DNA of 64,000 bases from an uncultured Verrucomicrobiota bacterium (lineage in GTDB: Bacteria > Verrucomicrobiota > Verrucomicrobiia > Limisphaerales > J093): assembly GCA_964411985.1 (NCBI GenBank), contig CAYPNF010000033.1:14337-78336 (forward strand), read 5' to 3'. Below the pieces are notes generated by a model. The model saw nothing but the letters and a program-made list of their open reading frames with translations, ran no database searches and was not told the DNA's origin. Both the position numbers and the translations under genes were made by a program. This document shows positions 10,304-19,831 of the stretch, one piece after another (position 1 is the first letter of the stretch; each line of letters starts with the position of its first letter).

Positions 10304-11539
10304 ATGTTAAACGATGAGCTCTCCTCCGGGAATGACGAGCCTCCGGCGCATGGGCCAGGGGACTCGCTCAAGTTGTTCCGTCCGGTGGGCAAGGGGCCGT
10401 GGGGACAGGTATCTGACAGCGACTGGGGCAGTTGGCGGTGGCAGTTGCAGCATCGGATCACGAAACTGGAGCAGTTGGAGGCTTTGATGCCTTCTCTGAC
10501 CCGGGAGGAGCGGGCAGGCACTCTGCTGGCGAATACGAAGTTGGCGATGGCCATCACGCCTTACTTCTTCAATCTGATCGATCCGAAGGATGAAAACTGC
10601 CCGATTCGTCTCCAGGTAATTCCTCGATTGGAGGAGACCTCGACGGCTCCTTGGGAGATGGAGGATCCTTGTGGAGAGGATTCCCACTCGCCTGTGCCCG
10701 GGCTTGTGCATCGTTACCCGGACCGTGTGCTCATGTTGGTCACGGACCGGTGTGCCGCTTATTGCCGATATTGCACCCGGTCCCGTCTGGTGAGCAACGC
10801 CAGTGGATACGATTTTCATCCGCATTTCGATCGCCAGATCGAGTACATCGTCAAGCACCCTGAGGTCCGCGACGTTCTGCTGAGTGGGGGTGACCCGCTC
10901 CTGTTTAGCGATGAGAAGCTTGAGTACCTCCTCAGCCGCCTCCGCGCCATTCGCCATGTGGAGTTCCTCCGCATTGGGACTCGGATACCCATATTCCTTC
11001 CGCAGCGCGTGACTCCTCAGCTTTGCGCCATGCTGCGCCAATTTCACCCTTTGTTCCTCAGCATCCACTCGAATCATCCGCGAGAGCTCACCGCGGAGGT
11101 GCGAGAGGCGCTGGGGCAACTCGCGGACGCTGGCATTCCCCTTGGGAACCAGTCAGTCCTCCTTCGCCAGGTGAACGACGACCTCGCCACCATGAAGGCT
11201 CACGTCCAAAAGCTCCTGATGTGCCGGGTGAGGCCCTATTACATCTACCAGTGTGATTTGATCGCCGGGTCCTCTCATCTGCGGTCTAGTGTGCGCAAAG
11301 GGCTCGAGATTATGGAGGGGCTTCGCGGACACACGACCGGCTACGGTGTGCCGCAGTACGTCATAGATGCTCCGGGCGGTGGTGGCAAAGTGCCCGTGAC
11401 TCCCGAGTACGTGTTGAGCCACAGTCCCGACCGTGTCGTCATTCGTAACTACGAGGGAAAGGTCTTCGAGTACCCGGAGAGTCTGTCTGGTATGCCCCTC
11501 TTCAAGTCTCCTCCCGGTTTGGAGGAATACTCGGGCTGA
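10304..11539 (+). CDS. kamA: KamA-family radical SAM protein, probable lysine 2,3-aminomutase
   Basis: HRYPDRVL, CAAYCRYC (CxxxCxxC), LSGGDPL, YIYQCD and VIDAPGGGGK (PLP lysine). Confidence 0.85.
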   Translation: MLNDELSSGNDEPPAHGPGDSLKLFRPVGKGPWGQVSDSDWGSWRWQLQHRITKLEQLEALMPSLTREERAGTLLANTKLAMAITPYFFNLIDPKDENCPIRLQVIPRLEETSTAPWEMEDPCGEDSHSPVPGLVHRYPDRVLMLVTDRCAAYCRYCTRSRLVSNASGYDFHPHFDRQIEYIVKHPEVRDVLLSGGDPLLFSDEKLEYLLSRLRAIRHVEFLRIGTRIPIFLPQRVTPQLCAMLRQFHPLFLSIHSNHPRELTAEVREALGQLADAGIPLGNQSVLLRQVNDDLATMKAHVQKLLMCRVRPYYIYQCDLIAGSSHLRSSVRKGLEIMEGLRGHTTGYGVPQYVIDAPGGGGKVPVTPEYVLSHSPDRVVIRNYEGKVFEYPESLSGMPLFKSPPGLEEYSG

Positions 11540-12260
11540 TTTGTGCCTTCAGAAGCTCGGTGAAGACCATGGTTTGCTCGCGGCCGCAAAGTACGCGCCC
11601 GAGCGGGGTTGTTAGCCCGTCTGTTAAAGACCTCCTAAGCGCGGCCTCCTTACTCGAACCTGAGGCCAGAACCCAGGCCTGTCGGGCTCCCAAAAGCGCA
11701 TGATACCCTAAGCTGATTCGTTGTGGCGGCGGTTTGGGTCCCTCCAATGCGTGATAAGAATCAGCGCGGTCTGCGATGTCCGGTTTCGCATCGGGGAAGA
11801 GTGACGCCACGTGGCCGTCTTCTCCCATGCTCAGGATGACCAAATCGAGTTGAGGATTTTTCCCCTCGCATCGGGTCAGGACTCGGTCTAGCTCGATGGA
11901 AGCCAGTCTGGCACCTTCGACCGGAGGGATCTCTCCCTGGATGCGGTGAATGCGCTCCGCTGGAAATCCAAGGGGGACCAGTAGACGACTCTGAGCCAGG
12001 CCGTAATTACTCTCAGGATGGTCCGGCTGCACGCAGCGCTCATCTGCCCAGAAGAGTTCGAGGTAGTCTTTCCACTCCCGGGATGCCGGACAACTGGCAA
12101 CCACCGCGTCAAACAGGGCTGAGGCACTTCGTCCTCCGCAGACGGCCATCGTCTGTACGGTTCTCTTTTCGCTCCCCTGGAGCACAAACCGCCAAAACTC
12201 CCGGGCCACGGCCTGCGTGAGTTCTGCGGGACCTTGAAAATGCACGATGGTGTAGGGCAT
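11502..12260 (-). CDS. pgl: 6-phosphogluconolactonase
   Basis: WADERCV, ESNY and MGEDGHVASLFP motifs; directly downstream of zwf. Confidence 0.92.
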   Translation of the reverse strand: MPYTIVHFQGPAELTQAVAREFWRFVLQGSEKRTVQTMAVCGGRSASALFDAVVASCPASREWKDYLELFWADERCVQPDHPESNYGLAQSRLLVPLGFPAERIHRIQGEIPPVEGARLASIELDRVLTRCEGKNPQLDLVILSMGEDGHVASLFPDAKPDIADRADSYHALEGPKPPPQRISLGYHALLGARQAWVLASGSSKEAALRRSLTDGLTTPLGRVLCGREQTMVFTELLKAQISPSIPPNREET

Positions 12261-12271
12261 GGTTCTTTCCC

Positions 12272-13846
12272 TTAAGGCTGCGGAGTGGGAGCTCCTTCGG
12301 GATTGCGCCAGGAGTGCCCAGCCGCCGCCAGGAGTTCGTCCGCGGCGACGGGTCCCCATGTCCCAGCCGCATAAAACTCCCGGTTCGTCAGTGGCTCCCG
12401 CCCCCAGGCGTCGCGGATCGAGTCGACAATTCCCCACGCGGTTTCCACTTCATCCCGACGGATGAAGAGGGTGGCGTCCCCGACCATGGATTCCAGCAGG
12501 AGCCGCTCATAAGCCTCCGGCGTGTAGGCACCAAACTCGGTGTCATAGCTGAAGTTCATGCGAACCGGACGTACTGAGGTGCTGGTGCCTGGGACTTTGC
12601 CATTAAACCGGAGAGAGATGCCCTCCTGCGGCTGAAGCCGGAGCGTGAGCGCGTTGGCATCCAGTTTGGGTCCACATTGAGCCGCAAAGAGTACGTTCGG
12701 GGTACGTCGGAACTGTACCCGGACTTCGCTCGCGCTGAGAGGCAGTCTTTTGCCGGTGCGCAGGTAGAAAGGAACGCCCGACCAACGCCAATTATCGATA
12801 AAGAGCTTGAGAGCCACATAGGTCTCGACGTTGGAATCAGCCCTTACTTTTGCCTCTTGGCGGTACCCAGAGCAGCTCTGCCCGTCGGCATGGCCCGCGA
12901 AGTATTGCCCTCGCACCGCCTGGGTTCTGACGGCTTGGGGGGAAAGGGGACGTAGTGAACGAAGCAGCTTCACCTTTTCGTCGCGAATGGACTCCGCTGC
13001 CAGATTCACCGGTGGTTCCATGGCCGCCAGCGCCAGAACCTGCAACAAATGGTTCTGTACCATGTCGCGCAGGGCTCCTGCCTCTTCGTAGTACCCTCCA
13101 CGCTCCCCTACGCCCAGTTTCTCCCCTACCGTGATCTGAACATGATCGATTGTTTGGCGCGACCAGAGTTGCTCAAAAATCGCGTTCGAGAATCGAAACA
13201 TGAGGATGTTCTGGACTGTTTCTTTCCCGAGATAGTGGTCGATACGGAAGATCTGCCCCTCATGCGCATACCTTGTCAAAACCTGGTTCAGTTCGACTGC
13301 AGTCTGGAGATCGTGCCCGAAGGGCTTCTCCACCACGATTCTTTGCCAGAATGGTGGCAAAGAATCCTTTCTCAGCAGACCGGCGTTGCTCAGCTGTTCT
13401 GCAACCGGACCGAATTGGCTTGGGGAAATCGCCAGGTAAAACAGGAGGTTTTGCCTCAGCGTTGCATGCTCGAAACCATCAATCAGGTTGGCCAAGCGAG
13501 CAAACGCATCCGTCTCGTTGAGATCACCGCAGCAGTAGTGGAGATTCCCGGCAAACTCCTGCCACTTAGCAGGATCGACTGGCTTGGTACGGGAGAACTG
13601 CTGCATCCCCTGCCACAGCTCCTCCCGCCAGCTTTCATTGGTCTTGGCCCGGCGTGCGAACCCCACCACTCGCACCGGTTTGGGAAGGAGGTTCGAGAGA
13701 AAGAGGTGAAACAAAGCCGGAATCAGCTTGCGGGCCGTAAGGTCGCCACTGGCGCCAAAGATCACCACCGTACAGGGTTCGGACTGCCGCTGAACGTTGT
13801 CCAACCGACAAGTCATGAGCTCGTCCAACTGCGCTAGTTCATCCAT
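12272..13846 (-). CDS. zwf: Glucose-6-phosphate 1-dehydrogenase
   Basis: GASGDL, EKPFG, RIDHYLGKE, RDMVQNH and WSGVPFYLRTGK motifs; start ATG 13846. Confidence 0.97.
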   Translation of the reverse strand: MDELAQLDELMTCRLDNVQRQSEPCTVVIFGASGDLTARKLIPALFHLFLSNLLPKPVRVVGFARRAKTNESWREELWQGMQQFSRTKPVDPAKWQEFAGNLHYCCGDLNETDAFARLANLIDGFEHATLRQNLLFYLAISPSQFGPVAEQLSNAGLLRKDSLPPFWQRIVVEKPFGHDLQTAVELNQVLTRYAHEGQIFRIDHYLGKETVQNILMFRFSNAIFEQLWSRQTIDHVQITVGEKLGVGERGGYYEEAGALRDMVQNHLLQVLALAAMEPPVNLAAESIRDEKVKLLRSLRPLSPQAVRTQAVRGQYFAGHADGQSCSGYRQEAKVRADSNVETYVALKLFIDNWRWSGVPFYLRTGKRLPLSASEVRVQFRRTPNVLFAAQCGPKLDANALTLRLQPQEGISLRFNGKVPGTSTSVRPVRMNFSYDTEFGAYTPEAYERLLLESMVGDATLFIRRDEVETAWGIVDSIRDAWGREPLTNREFYAAGTWGPVAADELLAAAGHSWRNPEGAPTPQP

Positions 13847-13853
13847 GGCCTTC

Positions 13854-13882
13854 AATGTGACGCAGCACCGACGACAATTCAA
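13854..13882 (-). promoter_or_regulatory. Putative sigma70 promoter of zwf-pgl
   Basis: Minus strand TTGAAT-N17-CACATT-N7-ATG. Confidence 0.45.
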
Positions 13883-14062
13883 CCCGCCTGCGCAGCTATT
13901 CACCCCCAAGTCCTTTCAGCTTCTGGCGGGACCAAGCCTCCGCTCGGGTGAGCGGCTTGGGCTCCACCACGTTGGCAAATGGGCGACTCGGGGGGGATTG
14001 GGGCTTCGCTTATCGAAAGTCTGGCAAGCACTCCACTCGTCGCCGATGACTTAGGCCTTGCG

Positions 14063-14092
14063 TTGACGAAGATACCCTTTCGCATACAGACT
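14063..14092 (+). promoter_or_regulatory. Putative sigma70 promoter of the M48 protease gene
   Basis: TTGACG-N18-CAGACT-N7-ATG(14100). Confidence 0.45.
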
Positions 14093-14099
14093 GAATGCC

Positions 14100-15680
14100 A
14101 TGAGTCTAGAATCACATACTGTGTCGGCCACCCGCTGGGCGCGTTGGATTCCTGGGGATGCATGGTCGGCAGCACACCCGGTGCCCAGGTTGCGCGAGGG
14201 GGGCGTCGCTCGCCTGGCCTTCTCCACGTTGGCGATGGCCATGATGGTCGTCTCGGCGCAGGGCCAATTGCTGGGCCCTTCGCCCGAAAGTGACCTTCAG
14301 CAGGGTGCGAGGGTTGCCAAGTTGGTCGAGCAGCAGATCGGCCTCTATTCCATGCCTAAGACCGAGGCTTACTTGCGCGAAGTGGGCGACCGACTGGTGG
14401 CGGTGGTGAAGGACCCGCGCTGGAAGTTCAGCTTCCAGATTGTGAACCAGTCCGAGCCCAACGCCTTCGCCATTCCTGGTGGTGGCATCTACGTCTCGCG
14501 TGGCCTGCTGGCCCTGCTGGAACGGGAGGATGAACTGGCCGGGGTACTCGCCCACGAGATTGCCCACGTCACGCAGCGCCACTCGGCCAAGCAACAACGC
14601 AAAGGCATCCTGCCCGGTTTGCTCTCCCTGCCCGGCAACGTGGTCGGTAGTGTGGTGGGAGAGGATCTGGGCGCCTTGATCAACGCCCCGATTGGGACCG
14701 TGGGCGGCGCGTGGCTGAGCCACTACAGCCGCGGGCAGGAGAGCGAGTCCGACCGCATCGGCGTCCGCACGGCTGCCCAGGCAGGGTATGATCCCCTCGC
14801 GCTGGCCGATATCCTCCGCCGTTTGGAGCAGGACGTGGCCAGCCAGACTGGCGAGGGGCGAAGGTTCAGCATCTTTGACTCGCATCCCATGACGGACACG
14901 CGGCTCAAGGACATTCAAGGACGTGCAGCGGCCCTGACGCCCGCCACCCAGTCCCGCGTGGCCCCCGACAGCGTTTCCCTCTTCGCCCACCTCGACGGAA
15001 TCTGGTGGGGCGAAAACCCTGACGAAGGGGTCTTCCGGAAGAACCAATTCCTGCAACCGACCCTCGGTTTCACCCTCACGTTTCCTGAGGGCTGGAAACA
15101 CCAGAACACGCCGCAGTACGTGATTTCAGCGCATCCCAAACAGGAGGCGGTCCTGCTGCTGGGGATTGCCGGTGCGGCGTCCGATCCCGAAACTACCGGG
15201 CAAAAGTTCATCGAGAAGATGCGGACCAAGGCCCGGGTCGAACCGGTTTCGGCCCGCAAGACTTCCGTGGGTGAGTTCCCAGCTTTCGTCGTGACCTATC
15301 TCGATCGGTCCGGTCGGGCTCCCGCGTACCTGCATTTCGCTTGGGTGGCGATGAACGGGCAAACTTACCAGTTGATCGGCCTCGCGCCGGAGAAGCATCG
15401 GGAAGTGCTGCGGAACGCGGCGCTCAGCCTGCGGCCCTTGACCGGCGTGGAGCGCGGTGCGATGACTGGCAAGAGACTGCGGATCGTGGCGGCGCGCCCT
15501 GGCGAACGGCTGGAAGACCTCTCCGCCCGCAGCGGGAATGTCTGGTCGCCAGCCTACACCGCTTTGGTGAATGGGCTGAATGTGGACACTGCCCTGCCGG
15601 AGGGCCGCCTCGTGAAGATCGCCCGGGAGGAGCCATGGACCCCTCCAGACGGCAAGACCGGTGCCGAAAGGAAGCCATGA
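14100..15680 (+). CDS. Secreted M48 family zinc metalloprotease (BepA/YfgC-like) with LysM-like C-terminus
   Basis: PNAFAIPGG, HEIAH, YSRGQESESD and SHP motifs; signal-like segment; C-terminal PGERLEDL...NGL...GRLVKI. Confidence 0.88.
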   Translation: MSLESHTVSATRWARWIPGDAWSAAHPVPRLREGGVARLAFSTLAMAMMVVSAQGQLLGPSPESDLQQGARVAKLVEQQIGLYSMPKTEAYLREVGDRLVAVVKDPRWKFSFQIVNQSEPNAFAIPGGGIYVSRGLLALLEREDELAGVLAHEIAHVTQRHSAKQQRKGILPGLLSLPGNVVGSVVGEDLGALINAPIGTVGGAWLSHYSRGQESESDRIGVRTAAQAGYDPLALADILRRLEQDVASQTGEGRRFSIFDSHPMTDTRLKDIQGRAAALTPATQSRVAPDSVSLFAHLDGIWWGENPDEGVFRKNQFLQPTLGFTLTFPEGWKHQNTPQYVISAHPKQEAVLLLGIAGAASDPETTGQKFIEKMRTKARVEPVSARKTSVGEFPAFVVTYLDRSGRAPAYLHFAWVAMNGQTYQLIGLAPEKHREVLRNAALSLRPLTGVERGAMTGKRLRIVAARPGERLEDLSARSGNVWSPAYTALVNGLNVDTALPEGRLVKIAREEPWTPPDGKTGAERKP

Positions 15681-15898
15681 AGACCATGCCCGATAGGAGC
15701 CCAACATTCAACCCTGTGTCAGCCAGCGGTTGGGCGCATTGGATCCCCGCACTTGGATGGCTCCGTACCTACCAGCCAGGCTGGCTGCGAGGCGACATCG
15801 TTGCCGGCATCACCCTCGCGGCCCACGTGGACATGCACGCCGCTCACAGGCTCGCAGAATTCGCCAGTGAACTCAACGCCATCAACCCGCGCGCCTAG
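15677..15898 (+). pseudogene. Internally deleted SulP/SLC26 anion transporter remnant
   Basis: 73 aa: SulP N-terminal WLRTYQPGWLRGDIVAGITLAA joined directly to STAS-like HVDMHAAHRLAEFASEL; ATGA-coupled to the M48 gene. Confidence 0.7.
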
Positions 15899-16249
15899 GT
15901 TGGGGATACAGTACCCAACCTTCGCCTCATGTGCGGTTTGTCTGCAGGCCTCTTCTTCGCGCTGGTATCCAGGATATTTGCAGCGCGTTAGCGGGCCCAA
16001 TCCCCATCAGCCAACCAGCGATGACTTCAGCCTCCTCGCTCCACCCAACGCCATCGCCAACCCCTCTCCGCTCCTCCCCGATTCCGTCGCAATGGCATTT
16101 CAGTTTCAGGCATGGACGGCGAAACGGTGAGCCTTCCCAACCAGCGACTCCGCGCTGTTGGTCTCCGGTTTGAAGTTCAGGTGTCATGCAAAGGTAGCTG
16201 GACATACTCACTGGCTCCGCTTCGCTCCGCAGCAACACACCCTTTGTTG

Positions 16250-17011
16250 TCAGGCGACACTTGCTTCCTGAAGTCTCGCATACCTACGCAAGAGCAATGG
16301 GTGGCTCAACTTCACCTCGGACTTCTTGGAGTACCGGTCTGCAGCAACCTCACGCGCTTGCCTGTCGAGCGATGCTTTGTCGATCCGCTGGAAGAGTTGA
16401 GGCCCAATCAACAGTAACGCAAGTGCGTCACGCGCTGCATCTGTATCTCCAACCAAAGCATGGGCGACGGCATCACAAGAGAACTCATCTAGCCGGGAGA
16501 GTGGGAGATAATTCGAGGAAATCATGGACCGAAAGAAGTGGGTGTGCCCAAGTGCATGGTGTGCGAGTTCGTGGCCGATGATGAAGTGCAACGCTTTCGC
16601 ATTTCCGGTAGCCAAAGCGCCGTAGACCAGGTCGTCAATCAGTACAACGCACCGTTTAGAACCGTGCTTGAGAGCAAACGCATTTTGTCGGTTGTCCTCC
16701 AGAACGTAAATATCAGGGCACTCCGCCAGGCCTAATCGCTGTGCCATGCCTCGCGTTGCCTCGTAGATTTCTGGAAACTGCCCTGCATCGACTCGGACAG
16801 CCGAACCACGCAATTGCGCCCTGGCTTTTCGGTTTCGAGAGGAATACAGCACTCCTGCCACGATCCATACTACCAGCGCAACTCCATAGGTAGCCAGAAT
16901 CGTTACCAGGAAGATGATCGGGCCAAGTATCGCTAATAATGCCCACCCAACGAAGGAGTGGAAGCTAGTGCCTTTGCTAATGCATTTCTTTAAGTCAATT
17001 TGCGGGTTCAT
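16250..17011 (-). CDS. Membrane-bound M48 (HtpX-like) metallopeptidase
   Basis: Two N-terminal TM segments, NAFA, HELAH, SRLDEFSCD and SHP motifs; looks lower in GC than its neighbours. Confidence 0.87.
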   Translation of the reverse strand: MNPQIDLKKCISKGTSFHSFVGWALLAILGPIIFLVTILATYGVALVVWIVAGVLYSSRNRKARAQLRGSAVRVDAGQFPEIYEATRGMAQRLGLAECPDIYVLEDNRQNAFALKHGSKRCVVLIDDLVYGALATGNAKALHFIIGHELAHHALGHTHFFRSMISSNYLPLSRLDEFSCDAVAHALVGDTDAARDALALLLIGPQLFQRIDKASLDRQAREVAADRYSKKSEVKLSHPLLLRRYARLQEASVA

Positions 17012-17130
17012 GCTGAGTGGTGTCGGTGGCGGCTAGGCGGACCAAGTCATCGACTCCGCACCACTGCCCTATGCCGTGAACTCTGACAGTCATGCCAAAT
17101 CTCTCCGGGTTTGGGCAATCCGCCGCTATT

Positions 17131-17442
17131 TCAGGGTCGGGTGCTGTATACGCCTGCCGCGAGGTGGCAGTAAAGCCCGATCCTGCACCAAGCCAAATCA
17201 GTAAGGGCGGTGAAGCAGCCTATGATGGGAACTAACCTGAAAAACTCGCTGCCGTCCCAGATCGGAAGCACGACCCGATTCGTCTTTTCGGATCCGAACA
17301 TTTCGCGCCAGTCAGGCTGCTCTGTGCTGGTCGCCCGCTGGAGTGTCGCCCCTATTACTGGGGCATTCCACTCGACCGTAAGCCCGGCCATGGTGACCGC
17401 AACGCTGGTGATGATCGGGATCGTCGGATCCTTTTCCTTGGA
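17131..17442 (-). pseudogene. Orphan C-terminal '...FFRL' module in frame after the LRR gene stop
   Basis: Reading through TAA 17443-17445 gives SKEKDPTIPIITSVAVTMAGLTVEWNAPVIGATLQRATSTEQPDW...SEFFRLV; no signal peptide of its own. Confidence 0.55.
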
Positions 17443-19314
17443 TTATTGCGAGCGGACCCGGTAGAACCGGGTGGGGTAGTTCAACCACTCGGGATCTCGG
17501 AAATCAGACCAGCCATCGGTGAGGGTGTTGGTGGCCACCGGAGACCATGTGGGGTTGGTCAGGGTCGTGGATGCTTCAATCACAACGGAGAGGTTTGTTG
17601 CCCAAGAGATGGTGAATCCAAACTGATTCGTTTGGATGCGTGCGCTTCCGTTTAGTATCAACGGGTCCGGACGCACCCACGGTGCAGTCGGACGCCCACT
17701 AAACGTCGTAAGCCAGCCCCAAGTCCCCGGCAAGTAGTAAAAGGTCGTCTGGCTGACATCGGACAACACAGCACCACCGCAGCAACCAATGACGGGAGAG
17801 CCGCCTTGGAAATAGACTCCCTTCAGGCTGGTGCAGCTAGAGAACGCCCACTCACCAATGGCGATGACGCTGTTGGGGATCGTGACGCTGGTCAGGCTGG
17901 TGCAGCCAGAGAACGCCCACTCACCGATGACAGTGATGCTGTTGGGGATCGTGTAGCTTCCGGCTTTGCCCCCCGGACACTGGACGAGCTTGGTCTGGCT
18001 CCTGTTGAACAAGACCCCATCCACACTGCTATAGTCGGGATTGTTTGTGTTCACCGTGATTCTGGTCAGGTTCGTGCAGGCATAGAACACCGAATTCCCG
18101 ATGGTAGTGACGCTATCGCCCAGCGTGACGCCCGTCAGGCTGGTGCAGCCAGAGAACGCCCACTCGCCGATGGCGGTGACGCTGTCAGGGATCATGACGT
18201 AGGTCAGCCGGCTGTTTGCAAACGCACGGCCTCCGATGCTGATGACGCTGTTGGGGATCGTTACACTGGTCAGGTTGGTGCAGCCTGAGAACGCCCACTC
18301 ACCGATGGCAGTGACGCTGTTAGGGATTGTGTAGCTTCCGGTCTTTCCGCCGGGGCATGTAATGAGCATGGTCTGGCTCCTGCTGAACAAGATACCATCC
18401 ACACTGCGATAGAAGGAGTTCAGGGCATCCACCGTGATTGTGGTCAGGCTCGTGCAGCCTCCAAACGCTTGGTCCCCGATGCTGGTAACGCTCTTGGGGA
18501 TCGTTACGCTGGTCAAACTGGTGCACTCAGAGAACGCTCCATCCCCGATGCTGGTAACGCCGCTGGGGATCGTGACGCTAGTCAGGCTGGTGCAGTCAGA
18601 GAACGTGAAAGCTCCGATGCTGGTAACTCGGTTGGGGATCACCACGTTGGTCAGGCTGTGGCAGCCGCTGAAGGCCGCCCCCCCAATGCTCAGGACACTA
18701 TTGGGAATCATGAGGCTGGTGAGACCAGTGCAACCAAAGAAGCCCGAGTCCCCAATGGTGATGACGCTGTTGGGGATCGTGACGCTGGTCAGGCCACGGC
18801 AGCCCCAGAACGCCTCCTGCCTAATGCGGGTGACGCGGCTGGGAATTATGACGTTGGTCAGGCTGGTGCAGAACATGAACGCTCCGTCCCCAATGCTGGT
18901 GATGCTGTTGGGGATCGTGTAGCTTCCAGCTTTGCCTTCTGGACACTGGATGAGGGTAATCTGGCTCTTGTTGAGCAAGACCCCATCCACACTGCTATAG
19001 TCGGGATTGTTTGTGTTCACCGTGATTGTGGTCAGGCCACGGCAGCCCCAGAACGCCTCCTGCCTGATGCTAGTGACACTGTCGCCCAGCGTGACGGCCG
19101 TCAGGTTGGTGCAGCCAGAGAACGCCCATCCCCCGATGCTGGTTACCGGCAGGCCGTTGATCGTATCTGGAATGGTCACATCGCCGCCTGGTCCGGTGTA
19201 TCTCCAGATGGTGATCGTGCCGTTGTTGGTCGTGTAGGTGAAGTCCTCGGCTAGGGCTGCGCCCCAAAAGCAGAGGAACATCAAGCTCAAGATTCCGAGC
19301 TGTTTCGTCTTCAT
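17443..19314 (-). CDS. BspA-type (LRR_5) leucine-rich repeat surface protein
   Basis: Signal peptide, many IPNSVTSIGxxAFxGCTSLTSV repeats, C-terminal EASTTL...W...FRDP...RFYRV module; start ATG 19314. Confidence 0.93.
   Translation of the reverse strand: MKTKQLGILSLMFLCFWGAALAEDFTYTTNNGTITIWRYTGPGGDVTIPDTINGLPVTSIGGWAFSGCTNLTAVTLGDSVTSIRQEAFWGCRGLTTITVNTNNPDYSSVDGVLLNKSQITLIQCPEGKAGSYTIPNSITSIGDGAFMFCTSLTNVIIPSRVTRIRQEAFWGCRGLTSVTIPNSVITIGDSGFFGCTGLTSLMIPNSVLSIGGAAFSGCHSLTNVVIPNRVTSIGAFTFSDCTSLTSVTIPSGVTSIGDGAFSECTSLTSVTIPKSVTSIGDQAFGGCTSLTTITVDALNSFYRSVDGILFSRSQTMLITCPGGKTGSYTIPNSVTAIGEWAFSGCTNLTSVTIPNSVISIGGRAFANSRLTYVMIPDSVTAIGEWAFSGCTSLTGVTLGDSVTTIGNSVFYACTNLTRITVNTNNPDYSSVDGVLFNRSQTKLVQCPGGKAGSYTIPNSITVIGEWAFSGCTSLTSVTIPNSVIAIGEWAFSSCTSLKGVYFQGGSPVIGCCGGAVLSDVSQTTFYYLPGTWGWLTTFSGRPTAPWVRPDPLILNGSARIQTNQFGFTISWATNLSVVIEASTTLTNPTWSPVATNTLTDGWSDFRDPEWLNYPTRFYRVRSQ
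18010..19027. repeat. Identical 52-bp direct repeat within the LRR gene (18010-18061 and 18976-19027)
   Basis: caagaccccatccacactgctatagtcgggattgtttgtgttcaccgtgatt occurs twice; part of three larger super-repeats. Confidence 0.85.
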
Positions 19315-19407
19315 AATTGGTGCTTTCAAAAGAGGTATACGGTTCCCTTTCGGGTTGTTACAGGAAAGTACTCAAAACGCAGTTTCTCCCTCCTTCAGGC
19401 GATGGCG

Positions 19408-19538
19408 CCTGAACACCGATCTCCGGCCCGGCCCGGCCCCGTGATGGGCACAAGTACGTCACTCCGACCTTTCACACCCGCCACAGCGAACACGCAGGGC
19501 ATGGATGCCATCGAGTCGGCTGCGATTGAGGATTAGAC
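19408..19538 (-). other. Degenerate attC-like element upstream of the LRR gene
   Basis: Minus strand GTCTAAT-CCTCA-ATCGCAGCCGAC...GCCGGAGATCGGT-GTTCAGG, 131 bp; resembles attC R''/L''...L'/R' layout but is imperfect. Confidence 0.3.
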
Positions 19539-19831
19539 CGATAGGCTACTCCAGAAAAGGTTGGTTTACAAGGTTGGGAGGACTCTGCTCAGAGTAGTGG
19601 TTGCGACAGCGAACGCGCTGGTGGTTTTGGAGAGCCGGAAATTTCACGCTGGCTTCAAATCCAATTGGAAACAAGCGACTTTCGACGACTTTGTCTTTCA
19701 CTGCTCGAGGAGAGGGGACGTTGAGTACGGCGCTGGAGTGCGCTACTCCGAGGGGCTTATCCGGAGGAAACAGGGTGGTTTTTCATTTTTCTGTAGAAAA
19801 GGACGGAGCGCTTGCGTTTCACCCCTTGGAC

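Noticed and set aside
15900-16130. Short ORFs after the SulP remnant
   Set aside because: No convincing start or motif in any frame; probably degraded sequence.
17800-19140. Regular repeats as a CRISPR array
   Set aside because: They are degenerate, codon-phased LRR coding repeats with no unique spacers and no cas genes.
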